From NCBI GenBank assembly GCA_031961545.1, contig JAVRLK010000001.1:75140-139139 (forward strand): a stretch of DNA of 64,000 nt. Direction: 5' to 3'. The notes under the pieces were generated by a model, which worked only from the letters and a program-made list of their open reading frames with translations, was not told where the DNA came from and made no database searches. Source of the stretch: Thermoplasmatota archaeon (GTDB taxonomy: Archaea > Thermoplasmatota > Thermoplasmata > Thermoplasmatales > ARK-15). Both the position numbers and the translations under genes were made by a program. This document shows, piece after piece, positions 18,678 to 27,448 of this stretch (position 1 is its first letter; each line of letters opens with the position of its first letter).

Positions 18678-19596
18678 ACTTTTCAATTTTCACCTCCTCA
18701 TTATTTTTTATCAGCAAATTATCTCCTTCCCATACCTCACCAATTTGCGTGACCATATAACCCTTTTGTTTCATTCCCTTTTCAACTGTATCCCATAATT
18801 CCCTGTTAACGGTGAAAAAGATCTCATACTCACCACCAAAGTTAAGGAATATTTCCTCACCTGGAATTTTCAATTCATCCATTACCTTCAATGCAATCGG
18901 GTGTTTTGGTAATTTTTCATAGTATATTTTAAAACCCAAACCTGTTTGTTTTTTTAGTTGATGAACAACGGAAAATATTCCATCGGAGAGATCCATTGCA
19001 CTTTTAACACCAAGCCTTGATAGTTCCCTTGCCTCATTTATCCTTGGTTCTATATCAATAAGAATATCCGCACCTTCATCAAAACCATTCTTCCATAAAT
19101 AGTAACCCGCTGCGTTTTTACCAAGATAATTTGTTACACCCACCACATCACCATTCTTAACATTTTTCCTTTTCATTATTCTATCCTTTTCAACCCTACC
19201 AATTGCTATTCCCGTTGCAACAAAATCGGGACCTTCCTTTGTATCCCCTCCAACCATGCTAACATTGTATTTTTTCAAACAGTCCAAAATTCCCTTATTA
19301 AAATCAAAAAAGAAATCAAAATCAGTATCACCCTTCATTGAATATGATGTCATGAAAAATTCAGGTATACCCCCCATTGCCGCTATATCGCTCAAATTGA
19401 GTGATGCAAAAAAATATCCTGCTTTTTCAGGGTTAACGTTATCGGGTATGTGTGTTTCCTTTGATATTGAATCCGTTGTTATCAAAATGTATTCGCCGGC
19501 AGATTCAAAATAAAATGCATCATCCTCAACAACTGTTCCGTAGAGATCCATCAACGATTTTATAATTTTTCTTTCACCAAGGTCATTAAGATGCAT
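18649..19596 (-). CDS. thiL: thiamine-monophosphate kinase (AIR synthase-related fold)
   Basis: GERKIIKSL, TTDSISKETH, NLSDIAAMGG and VGGDT motifs. Its 3' end overlaps the radical SAM start by about 29 nt. Confidence 0.8.
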   Translation of the reverse strand: MHLNDLGERKIIKSLMDLYGTVVEDDAFYFESAGEYILITTDSISKETHIPDNVNPEKAGYFFASLNLSDIAAMGGIPEFFMTSYSMKGDTDFDFFFDFNKGILDCLKKYNVSMVGGDTKEGPDFVATGIAIGRVEKDRIMKRKNVKNGDVVGVTNYLGKNAAGYYLWKNGFDEGADILIDIEPRINEARELSRLGVKSAMDLSDGIFSVVHQLKKQTGLGFKIYYEKLPKHPIALKVMDELKIPGEEIFLNFGGEYEIFFTVNRELWDTVEKGMKQKGYMVTQIGEVWEGDNLLIKNNEEVKIEKYGYEHFTRG

Positions 19597-19624
19597 GGTT
19601 AACTGTAAATTTTAATAATAAAAA

Positions 19625-20347
19625 ATGTTTTGTTTACCTGTGGATGAGATTGAAATTGATGGTGTTGTTTTCACGAAATATTATTCAATTTATTTACCAG
19701 ATGAAAGTATGGTTGTTTTGAGCGATCTTCACATAGGGTTTGAGGAGGTAATGGCCCAAAAAGGTCTGATTTTACCAAAGTTACAGAAAAACAGGATATT
19801 AAACATACTTGAAAAAAATTTTGATAAATTCTCGCCTAGGAAAATTTTGATAGATGGTGATTTCAAGCATGAATTTTCAAAAAATGTCAGGCAGGAATGG
19901 AGGGAAATAACAGAGATCATCGAGTTCATAAAATCAAGATCCGAGCTTATAGTTGTAAGGGGTAACCATGATAATTATCTAAAAAATATACTTGCAAGGT
20001 ATTCAATAACGCTTCACAATTATTATAGAACAAAGGATTTCACCTTCATCCATGGGGATAAAAAAATGGATTGGAAGGGCAAAGTGATAATTGGTCATGA
20101 GCATCCATCCATAAAAATAAGGGACAGTGTTGGTGGTCTTTTAAATTTGCCAGTATTTCTACATGGTAAAAATATAATTGTCCTTCCATCACCAAGCGTA
20201 TATTCATCCGGATCGGATATTCTTGGGAACGAAATAATTTCTCCTGTTCTTTCGGATTTCAATATGGATGATTTGGATTGCATAGGTATTGATGAAAAAA
20301 TAGGTATACTTGAAATGGGAAAAATTAAGGATATAAAAGAATTATAA
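19625..20347 (+). CDS. ICC/calcineurin-like metallophosphoesterase (COG1407, MJ0037-like)
   Basis: LSDLHIGFE, IDGDFKHEF, RGNHDNY and GHEHP motifs. Confidence 0.8.
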   Translation: MFCLPVDEIEIDGVVFTKYYSIYLPDESMVVLSDLHIGFEEVMAQKGLILPKLQKNRILNILEKNFDKFSPRKILIDGDFKHEFSKNVRQEWREITEIIEFIKSRSELIVVRGNHDNYLKNILARYSITLHNYYRTKDFTFIHGDKKMDWKGKVIIGHEHPSIKIRDSVGGLLNLPVFLHGKNIIVLPSPSVYSSGSDILGNEIISPVLSDFNMDDLDCIGIDEKIGILEMGKIKDIKEL

Positions 20348-21136
20348 TTTTTTGAAACGGTTTATTGTTGGTTCGTAAATAATCCCTCTATCCTGTAAAT
20401 TGTTGAGTATTTCATCAACAACAGTTCTTTCAATACCCTCATCGGATGCCTTCTCAACAATATCATCGTATTTTGCTCCTCCACCCTCAAAATCAAGCTT
20501 TTCTATGAGTTCAAGAATTATATCCTCCACACTTTTTTCTTTCTTTTCCTCATTGACAAAAAATTTCCTCACCATGTTCCTGTATTCCTGTATGTGTGAA
20601 ATTTCCGTATCAGGGAAATACTGAAGGGAAAGCTGTGCATTCTCAATATAATAATGAGGATACCCTTCCTTTTCAAGTGTTGAAAAATCTTTGTATTCAA
20701 TTGCCTTTTCCATGATTTCAGCCCTGTACAACAAATTTTCAATTGCCCTGTATTTCCAGTAGTTTTCAATTTTTTCATCACATTCCCTCATGTGTTCAAT
20801 TCTTAAGGAATAACCATTTGCATCCTCAAGCAGTTTACCAACAAATATTACCCTCAATGGTGGTTCCATATTCTCAATAAAACTGTATATTTCAGGATCT
20901 GAAAACTGTTTATAAATTTTTAAATTGAATATTCCGGTTCCATCATTTACTGTGGTAAAAACTACACCATTCCCAACATTTTTACTTTCAACTATTCCTG
21001 CACCAATCACCCTGTTTACCTTTGCACCCAGCCTTGTTATACCGTACCTTGTTTCTTTCTCTTCCCCCTTTCTTTCAATAAACTTTATTTCAGAAAGTTC
21101 CCTTGAAAACAATCTCCATGCAATTTCCCTTACCAT
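20342..21136 (-). CDS. RPA-associated OB-fold protein (COG3390, RPAP-like)
   Basis: N-terminus REIAWRLFSRELSE...ITRLGAKVNRVIGAGIV resembles haloarchaeal RPAP proteins (REVAYRLFAAEF...GARVNRLF). It lies immediately downstream of RPA with no spacer. Confidence 0.7.
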   Translation of the reverse strand: MVREIAWRLFSRELSEIKFIERKGEEKETRYGITRLGAKVNRVIGAGIVESKNVGNGVVFTTVNDGTGIFNLKIYKQFSDPEIYSFIENMEPPLRVIFVGKLLEDANGYSLRIEHMRECDEKIENYWKYRAIENLLYRAEIMEKAIEYKDFSTLEKEGYPHYYIENAQLSLQYFPDTEISHIQEYRNMVRKFFVNEEKKEKSVEDIILELIEKLDFEGGGAKYDDIVEKASDEGIERTVVDEILNNLQDRGIIYEPTINRFKKL

Positions 21137-22285
21137 TCAGAATCCTGCCTCCAGTTCATTTTTTATAATTTCCAAATAATCCTCAGTTATTTCATTCATT
21201 TCAATTGGAAATATTGTTACATTATTCTTTTTTGATATTTTCCCGAAAACTGTGTATGGCTTAAGGACCATGTCTTTAACGTATTCCTCAATCATCTTAC
21301 CTTTTATCTGTTCCTGGTAAAGAACAATAAAGGCAACATCGCTACCATCATCAAAGATCAAACTGGCCTTCACATCAAACTTTGGATCCACATTTCCATG
21401 TACGGGACAAACATTATCGCTAAGGGTTCTTCCACAAACAGGGCATTTTTTTACCTGTTCTATGTTCTTAATACCAAGAATGAAACCTTCAAGGTATGCA
21501 TAATTTAAATTCATGGCTATTGCCTGTGAAAGTGGTATTGCCCTTATTTCAATTTCCTTGTTTGTTTCAGTAACCTCAGTATTCTCATTTATGTTTAGAT
21601 ATATTGATCCCTTAAATTCATTAACATAAGCACCCCTTATTCTGTACGTTTTATTCTTTTCAAGGTTTCCCTTCCAGGATGTGAACTGTATCAACCCTGT
21701 TGTATCCCCTGCAATACCCTTGTAAATTGTTCTATCCTTCCCCTGTACGGGTTCTGAATAAAGAACCTTAAGTGTTATATCAACGTTCCTTGAATTTTTA
21801 TTTAATCTTTCCACCGTATATATTACATATTCTTTCCTTGCACTCTCTATTTTTGTTTCACTCTTTTCAAAAGAAGATTTTTCGGATATGTATAATCTTA
21901 AAGAATCCTTATAAATACCTGTCCTTGCATTTTTTAAAAGAATTGTTGTACCCCTTTCGAAAGGTATTGGTAAGAAACTCATGAATGTTATTGTTCCTGT
22001 ATCATCACCTATTGAACCAAGGTAATATTTCTTTCCATCCTTCGTGTACTCCTTTAAAGAAATAATTTTACCTATTATGTTAACATTCTCCATGTTTTTC
22101 TTCAGATCCCCAATTTTGTACAATTTTTCCTCAGGTTTATATCTCTGCAGAATCTTTTCCTTCACTACCTCCGGTGAGTATCCATACTTTATCCACTGGT
22201 TAAAAAGATTTTTTATTTCATCCCTGCTCACATTTTTTACCATACTAACTATTTCATCAACATAATCATCAACTGTTTTACCCAT
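21137..22285 (-). CDS. replication protein A (ssDNA-binding, multiple OB folds plus zinc finger)
   Basis: Repeated OB-like units (IIGKIISLKEY...IGDDTGTITFMSF; ITLKVLYSEP...IAGDTTGLIQFTSW) and zinc motif CPVCGRTLSDNVCPVHG. Confidence 0.8.
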   Translation of the reverse strand: MGKTVDDYVDEIVSMVKNVSRDEIKNLFNQWIKYGYSPEVVKEKILQRYKPEEKLYKIGDLKKNMENVNIIGKIISLKEYTKDGKKYYLGSIGDDTGTITFMSFLPIPFERGTTILLKNARTGIYKDSLRLYISEKSSFEKSETKIESARKEYVIYTVERLNKNSRNVDITLKVLYSEPVQGKDRTIYKGIAGDTTGLIQFTSWKGNLEKNKTYRIRGAYVNEFKGSIYLNINENTEVTETNKEIEIRAIPLSQAIAMNLNYAYLEGFILGIKNIEQVKKCPVCGRTLSDNVCPVHGNVDPKFDVKASLIFDDGSDVAFIVLYQEQIKGKMIEEYVKDMVLKPYTVFGKISKKNNVTIFPIEMNEITEDYLEIIKNELEAGF

Positions 22286-22290
22286 TTATC

Positions 22291-22890
22291 TCACCTGTAC
22301 TCTGGCAATTCCTCCCCCTTCTTTATCAATTCATCAAGTATTTTATTTGCATCATTCTCATCAAGTCCAACCTTTTTAATTAAAAATTCAAGCAATTCCT
22401 CCCTGCTCATTCCTTCACTAATCTTTTCATTGATCATTGAAATTATGTGATCCCTTACCATGTTACTGAATTCTTCCTCAAGCTTGAATTCCCTTATCAT
22501 AAGATAAAGGGATGTTACCATTGCCATTAGGGCATCACCAAATTCCTTTTTGTCAATTGATGAAAGGTCAAGATCAATCTTTAAAACAATCTCCTCATTT
22601 TCTCCCGAAAGAGCAAACTTTACAAAATTAACGCCATCGTTAAGTATGAGTAACTTTCTTGCAAAGTCAAGTCTCTGAATGGAATCAAGAAGGGCTGTCT
22701 CAATACCCGTTGAAATAATTAGTGAAACAAAATCATCATGGAATTCAATAAAAAGAGTATATGGTAATCTTGGATTTTCTGCAATTAAATTCCCATCACT
22801 TTCCCTCACATTCCATACCATGTCCAGCAAATCGTTTTTCTTTCCTGTGCCTGATGTTAACCAATTTTTAATTTCCTCTTTGTAATTCAT
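22291..22890 (-). CDS. hypothetical protein, YbjN/secretion-chaperone-like pattern; first gene of the RPA operon
   Basis: The pattern LPYTLFIEFHDDFVSLIISTG...ARKLLILNDGVNFVKFALSGENEEIVLKIDLDL is reminiscent of the YbjN family. The ATG at 22890 has GGTGA 5 nt upstream; an alternative ATG lies at 22911. There is a 5-nt gap to RPA. Confidence 0.55.
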   Translation of the reverse strand: MNYKEEIKNWLTSGTGKKNDLLDMVWNVRESDGNLIAENPRLPYTLFIEFHDDFVSLIISTGIETALLDSIQRLDFARKLLILNDGVNFVKFALSGENEEIVLKIDLDLSSIDKKEFGDALMAMVTSLYLMIREFKLEEEFSNMVRDHIISMINEKISEGMSREELLEFLIKKVGLDENDANKILDELIKKGEELPEYR

Positions 22891-22929
22891 CCTTTCACCC
22901 TTTTTAAACATTATGATTTGGTATTTAAA

Positions 22930-25191
22930 CTATTTTCCAAAACTTTCCTCTATAAACTTCAATCCAAGTTTGTTGTCCCTCTTTATGAACGCTCTTTTTG
23001 TCTCCTCCTCCTCATACTCAAAAACAACCCAGGTCTCCTTATCAACAATGTATGCATAATAATCGGGCTTGATTATTGAATGTGGTTTGTATGCAATTGT
23101 ACAAACAACAATTGGTTTATCCGTCTGATCCCTGAGTTTGTTCAAAACAGCTTCAAGCGTTTTTCCTGTATCGGCAATATCATCAACAAGCAGAACATAA
23201 TTTGAAACATTTTTTAAATTACCTGTAAATTCGCCCAGTTTAACATGCGTGCTTGGAGTACCATCCTCAAGGTAATAGGATGCCTTTATACTCTGTACAT
23301 CCTTTACATTAAGGTAATCGCTGAGCAGTCTTCCTATTACCATTCCTCCTCTTTCAATGTAAACAAGTAAATCCGGCCTTCCCCTTGTTTTAAGTATTTC
23401 ATCTGCGAGCTTTTTTGCATAATATTTCATGCTCTGAAAACTAAGGAAAACATACTTTTTCTTTTCACTTTCAAATTTCAGGAATTCCAGCCATTCTCTT
23501 GCACTGAGAAGAAGATCGTTTATTACACCAGAATCCCTGAGTTTCTTTGATAACCTGACAGCCTTTGGAGGAAGAAGGCTTGATTCCTTCAGAATATCAT
23601 CCCTCAGGAACAGTTCTTCAGGAGATCCATCGAATATTATTTTACCCCTTTTCATAACAACAGTTCTTCTGCAGTATTCAGCAACAAGCCTCATGTCATG
23701 TGTTATGACAATTATTGTTGTACCATCCATGTTCAGTTCAAAGAGTAAATCCATTATCTCCCTTGACATTTTATAATCCTGACCTGTTGTAGGTTCATCA
23801 ACAATCAATATCTTTGGTCTCATGGCAATTACACTTGCTACAGCCAGCCTTCTTTTCTCACCCCTGCTGAGAAAAAGAGGATCTTCGAATTTCTTGCTCA
23901 GCAAGCCAACCCTTTTAAGTGTTTCATCAATAATTGGTTCAATGTTCTTTTCACCTATGTTTTTCAGTCCATAGGCAATTTCATCCCTGACTGTTCTGTT
24001 GAATATCTGATGAACCGGATTCTGAAAAACGTAACCAACATATTCTGGTATCTTTTCCCTTACCTTTTTATCAGATAGATCCATACCAAGTATCTTCACT
24101 GATCCCTTCCATTTTGTAAGATAACCCGATATTATTTTTGAAAATGTACTTTTACCGGATCCGTTCTGACCAACAAGGGCGATCATTTCACCCTTCCCGA
24201 CAACAATATTTATACCATTCAGCGCCCTTGTACCATCAGGATAATCATATACAAGATCCTTTACCTCTATTATATTTTCCCCTTTTACACTCTTTCCCCT
24301 TTCGAGTTTGAATCCCCTTGCAATTTCAAGATCCACCTTTTTCAAAAATTCTTCATCATCCACCATCCTTTCTATTTCAGGTACCTCTATATATTTTCTT
24401 GACATTTCATCTGAAAATATCTTTTCTGGAGTATCAAGCATAACTATTTCTCCATTGTAAAGAACAGCAAGCCTGTCCGTGAACTTCATAAGAATTTCAG
24501 GATCATGTTCAACAAGTATTACCGTAATATCTCCCTTTTCCTTGACATTCTTTATTGCCTCTATAATCTCCATCTTCCCGAGAGAATCAAGATCCGATGT
24601 GGGTTCATCAAGTATCAATATTTTTGGTCTCATTGCAAGGAAACTTGCAAGAATTAGTCTCTGTTTCTGACCACCTGAAAGTTCAGATGGATGAAGTTTG
24701 TCCAATACTGGATAAAGATCACCAAGTCCGACAAGTTCCAGGGATTCCTTTATCCTATTCTCCATCTCCTCCTTTGAAAGGCCCATGATACGCATACCAA
24801 GTGTTATTTCTGTTAGCGCACTCATGGTTAAAAACTGGCTTTCCGGATCCTGCATAACAAGACCAAGATCCGGTGCAGCATTCTTTTCTCCAACCAGAAC
24901 GTATCCATTCTCTCCTTTTTCAATCTTTGATATTGTTTTACCAAGAACTATTACTTCCCCGCTGAAGTAATTCTCAATTTTACCGTCTGGAACCTTAATC
25001 TGGTGTGGTATAATTCCTGAAATTAATTGGCAGAGTGTTGATTTTCCTGAACCTGTAGAACCCGTTATACCAAAGAATTCATTTTTATAGATTTGAAGGT
25101 TTATATTTTTCATCTGAAAGTTGGATTCCTTTCCGGAAAAGGATGGATATTTCCAGTTCACATTCTTCAGTTCTATAACAACATCAGCCAT
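22930..25191 (-). CDS. ECF-transporter tandem ATPase (EcfA-EcfA' fusion) with C-terminal Gpt-like phosphoribosyltransferase domain
   Basis: Cassette 1: GSTGSGKST, LSGGQKQR, ILILDEPTSDLD, LVEHD. Cassette 2: GQNGSGKST, LSRGEKRR, ILIVDEPTTGQD, VITHD. The last ~175 aa carry IERGGMVIG, YVLLVDDIADTGKTL and TWVVFEYE, as in xanthine-guanine PRTase. Confidence 0.9.
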   Translation of the reverse strand: MADVVIELKNVNWKYPSFSGKESNFQMKNINLQIYKNEFFGITGSTGSGKSTLCQLISGIIPHQIKVPDGKIENYFSGEVIVLGKTISKIEKGENGYVLVGEKNAAPDLGLVMQDPESQFLTMSALTEITLGMRIMGLSKEEMENRIKESLELVGLGDLYPVLDKLHPSELSGGQKQRLILASFLAMRPKILILDEPTSDLDSLGKMEIIEAIKNVKEKGDITVILVEHDPEILMKFTDRLAVLYNGEIVMLDTPEKIFSDEMSRKYIEVPEIERMVDDEEFLKKVDLEIARGFKLERGKSVKGENIIEVKDLVYDYPDGTRALNGINIVVGKGEMIALVGQNGSGKSTFSKIISGYLTKWKGSVKILGMDLSDKKVREKIPEYVGYVFQNPVHQIFNRTVRDEIAYGLKNIGEKNIEPIIDETLKRVGLLSKKFEDPLFLSRGEKRRLAVASVIAMRPKILIVDEPTTGQDYKMSREIMDLLFELNMDGTTIIVITHDMRLVAEYCRRTVVMKRGKIIFDGSPEELFLRDDILKESSLLPPKAVRLSKKLRDSGVINDLLLSAREWLEFLKFESEKKKYVFLSFQSMKYYAKKLADEILKTRGRPDLLVYIERGGMVIGRLLSDYLNVKDVQSIKASYYLEDGTPSTHVKLGEFTGNLKNVSNYVLLVDDIADTGKTLEAVLNKLRDQTDKPIVVCTIAYKPHSIIKPDYYAYIVDKETWVVFEYEEEETKRAFIKRDNKLGLKFIEESFGK

Positions 25192-26039
25192 TGCAATACA
25201 CCCAGCTGTATTGTTAAATTATAAAAATAGGATATATATAGTGAAATTATGGAAAGAGCAATTAAAATTGCATCACCAAATGTTGGTTTTACTTCAATAA
25301 CAGGTTTGGATAACTTTTTGGCCTTTGAGAATCCCCTTGCCTCAAGTGCGGTACCCATTTCAACAGCCCTTTTTATCATGAGTGCAGTTAATGGAATCGC
25401 CAAGGCTATGAAATCCTTTGCCCTCTTAAACAAATTTTTTGATTTTTGTCCACCTCCTCTTGCAAACTGTGCATGTCTTATTGATTCCAGATCCTCCGCC
25501 ATTATGTTTAATGATCTGAATATAAGGGTAAAGAAAATTGATATTTTGAAAGGTAATCCTATTTGACTCAGTGCCTCAACAATTTCTGCATCCCTCGTTG
25601 TCATAAGAACAAGGAGTGTAAAAAGTGCCATCGAACCATATCCAAGCATCTTTGCAACACCTATGTAAAGTGATTGATATGTGATCTTAAAACCGTAAAA
25701 TGAAAATATGATATCATTGCCAACCTGATTGAAAACTAACCACCATATAAGGAAAACGAAAAGGGCTATAATAATAAGAACAAGATAGGACTTTACCAAA
25801 TATTTCAATGTTCCGCTCTCTATCAAAAATGCTAGAACAAAAATAAAAACTAAAAGTGAAAAGAGAAGATCAGGATAGGGCTTTGTCATGGCAAATATAA
25901 CAGCTATTGAAAAAATAACAAGAATTGAAAATTTTGTGAATGGATGCAATTTTACAAAGATAGAATTTGCCCTGGCGGAGAAGAGAATAGTTCGAATGTA
26001 TTTCTTTTCACCAGATATGTTTTCTCTATTTCCAGACAT
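25173..26039 (-). CDS. ecfT: ECF transporter transmembrane (T) component, CbiQ/EcfT family
   Basis: Multi-TM protein with the C-terminal coupling motif region (IRHAQFARGG ... ALEARGF). It overlaps the ATPase start by 19 nt. Confidence 0.85.
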   Translation of the reverse strand: MSGNRENISGEKKYIRTILFSARANSIFVKLHPFTKFSILVIFSIAVIFAMTKPYPDLLFSLLVFIFVLAFLIESGTLKYLVKSYLVLIIIALFVFLIWWLVFNQVGNDIIFSFYGFKITYQSLYIGVAKMLGYGSMALFTLLVLMTTRDAEIVEALSQIGLPFKISIFFTLIFRSLNIMAEDLESIRHAQFARGGGQKSKNLFKRAKDFIALAIPLTALMIKRAVEMGTALEARGFSKAKKLSKPVIEVKPTFGDAILIALSIISLYISYFYNLTIQLGVLQWLMLL

Positions 26040-26040
26040 G

Positions 26041-26664
26041 TTATGATATCAAACCCTTCGCTATAAGACCGTACCTTTCAACTATAGGTGTTAGGGCTTT
26101 TGAAAGGAATGGTGCTATAATCAATACTATTGCATCCCCTATTATCCATAGAGCTGAACCAAGCCAGTAAGCACTTGGAGGAACAATACCTAGCACGACA
26201 AGCATCCATACACCCCATAGACCACCTATTATGTTTGTTATTCCCATAACCCAGAGAACAAACCAGAATGCAGCCTTTTTGTTTGTTAAAATATCACGCC
26301 CAAGAGGATCAACACCTATTTTCTTCAAAAATCCCCTGTAAAATGTCAATGTGAGAAGAGCTGGAACAAAATCACCAACACTGAAGGCAAGTGAAGGAAT
26401 AACTGGGAGACCTGTAAGGAGACCTGCACCAATAAAGCAGCCTAAGAATGCGGCAATCACACCCCAGAGGCCCCACCACCAGGTGAAAACAATGAAAAAT
26501 GGATATGCCCAGTAAAGTAATCCTATACCGGGTCCAACAACAGGAGTGGCAATAACACCCAGCCAGGAGAGGAGAATGACAACGGCAATCTGTATGGCAT
26601 AAAGTGCGTACTGTGTTGTTGTATTTTTACCTCCGCCTCGCCATTTTAAGCTTACATCAACCAT
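26041..26664 (-). CDS. putative ECF substrate-capture (S) component, family unassigned
   Basis: 207 aa, about six TM helices, Trp/Gly-rich (FTWWWGLWGVIAAFLGCFIGAG). It lies 1 nt upstream of ecfT. Assignment rests on size, topology and operon position only. Confidence 0.55.
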   Translation of the reverse strand: MVDVSLKWRGGGKNTTTQYALYAIQIAVVILLSWLGVIATPVVGPGIGLLYWAYPFFIVFTWWWGLWGVIAAFLGCFIGAGLLTGLPVIPSLAFSVGDFVPALLTLTFYRGFLKKIGVDPLGRDILTNKKAAFWFVLWVMGITNIIGGLWGVWMLVVLGIVPPSAYWLGSALWIIGDAIVLIIAPFLSKALTPIVERYGLIAKGLIS

Positions 26665-26725
26665 AGATGATAGTATAATAAAACTATATTTTATCTTTTC
26701 TTTTTAAAAAATTTTTATGTGAGAA

Positions 26726-27448
26726 ATGATTTCAAAAATCATGGCTGATATAACTGTAATATTTGTTTCACCAAAGTATTCTGGAAACGTTGGATCACTT
26801 GCCAGGGTAATGAAAAACTTTGGGTTCAAAAATCTTATACTTGTTGATCCAAAGTGTGAAATTGATGATGAATCATTCAAATTTGCCATGCATGGACAGG
26901 ATGTTCTTGAGAATGCAAGAATCGTGAATGATCTGAATATTTTAAAAAATGAATTTAATTTACTCATTGGTACAAGTGCAATATCAACAAAATCTGAAAA
27001 ACATTTTTTAAGGATACCAAAAACGCCAAGAGAAATTGCAAAATTTTTAAAAAAATATAAAGGGAAGGTAGGTATTGTTTTTGGCAGGGAGGACATAGGT
27101 CTTTTAAACAACGAACTTGAAATGATGGATATGTTTGTTACAATTCCAGCAAGTGAAGAATATCCTGTAATGAACATTACACATGCCGCAAGCATAATTC
27201 TATACGAAATATTCCTTGCAGGTTATTCAAAAAGGGAAAGGATACTTGCGGGAGGTAATGAGATAGAAATACTTTATAAAAATATTGTTGAAATAATTGA
27301 TCTAATTGATTATCCTGAACACAAAAAGAAAAATACTGAAATTATGATAAAAAGGATAATTGGAAGGGCAGGTTTAACGTCCTGGGAGTACCATATACTT
27401 ATGGGTGTTGTTAAGGGTGTCAAGGATAAATTGAGTCAACATCCATGA
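26726..27448 (+). CDS. trmJ: SpoU/TrmH-class RNA 2'-O-methyltransferase (TrmJ-like)
   Basis: VIFVSPKYSGNVGSLARVMKNFGF, IVFGREDIGL and IPASEEYPVMNITHAASIILYE (SPOUT knot motifs). Confidence 0.75.
   Translation: MISKIMADITVIFVSPKYSGNVGSLARVMKNFGFKNLILVDPKCEIDDESFKFAMHGQDVLENARIVNDLNILKNEFNLLIGTSAISTKSEKHFLRIPKTPREIAKFLKKYKGKVGIVFGREDIGLLNNELEMMDMFVTIPASEEYPVMNITHAASIILYEIFLAGYSKRERILAGGNEIEILYKNIVEIIDLIDYPEHKKKNTEIMIKRIIGRAGLTSWEYHILMGVVKGVKDKLSQHP

Noticed and set aside
26704-27195. A 163-aa ORF antisense to the TrmJ-like gene.
   Set aside because: The plus-strand frame carries the SPOUT methyltransferase motifs. The antisense product looks like shadow-frame sequence.
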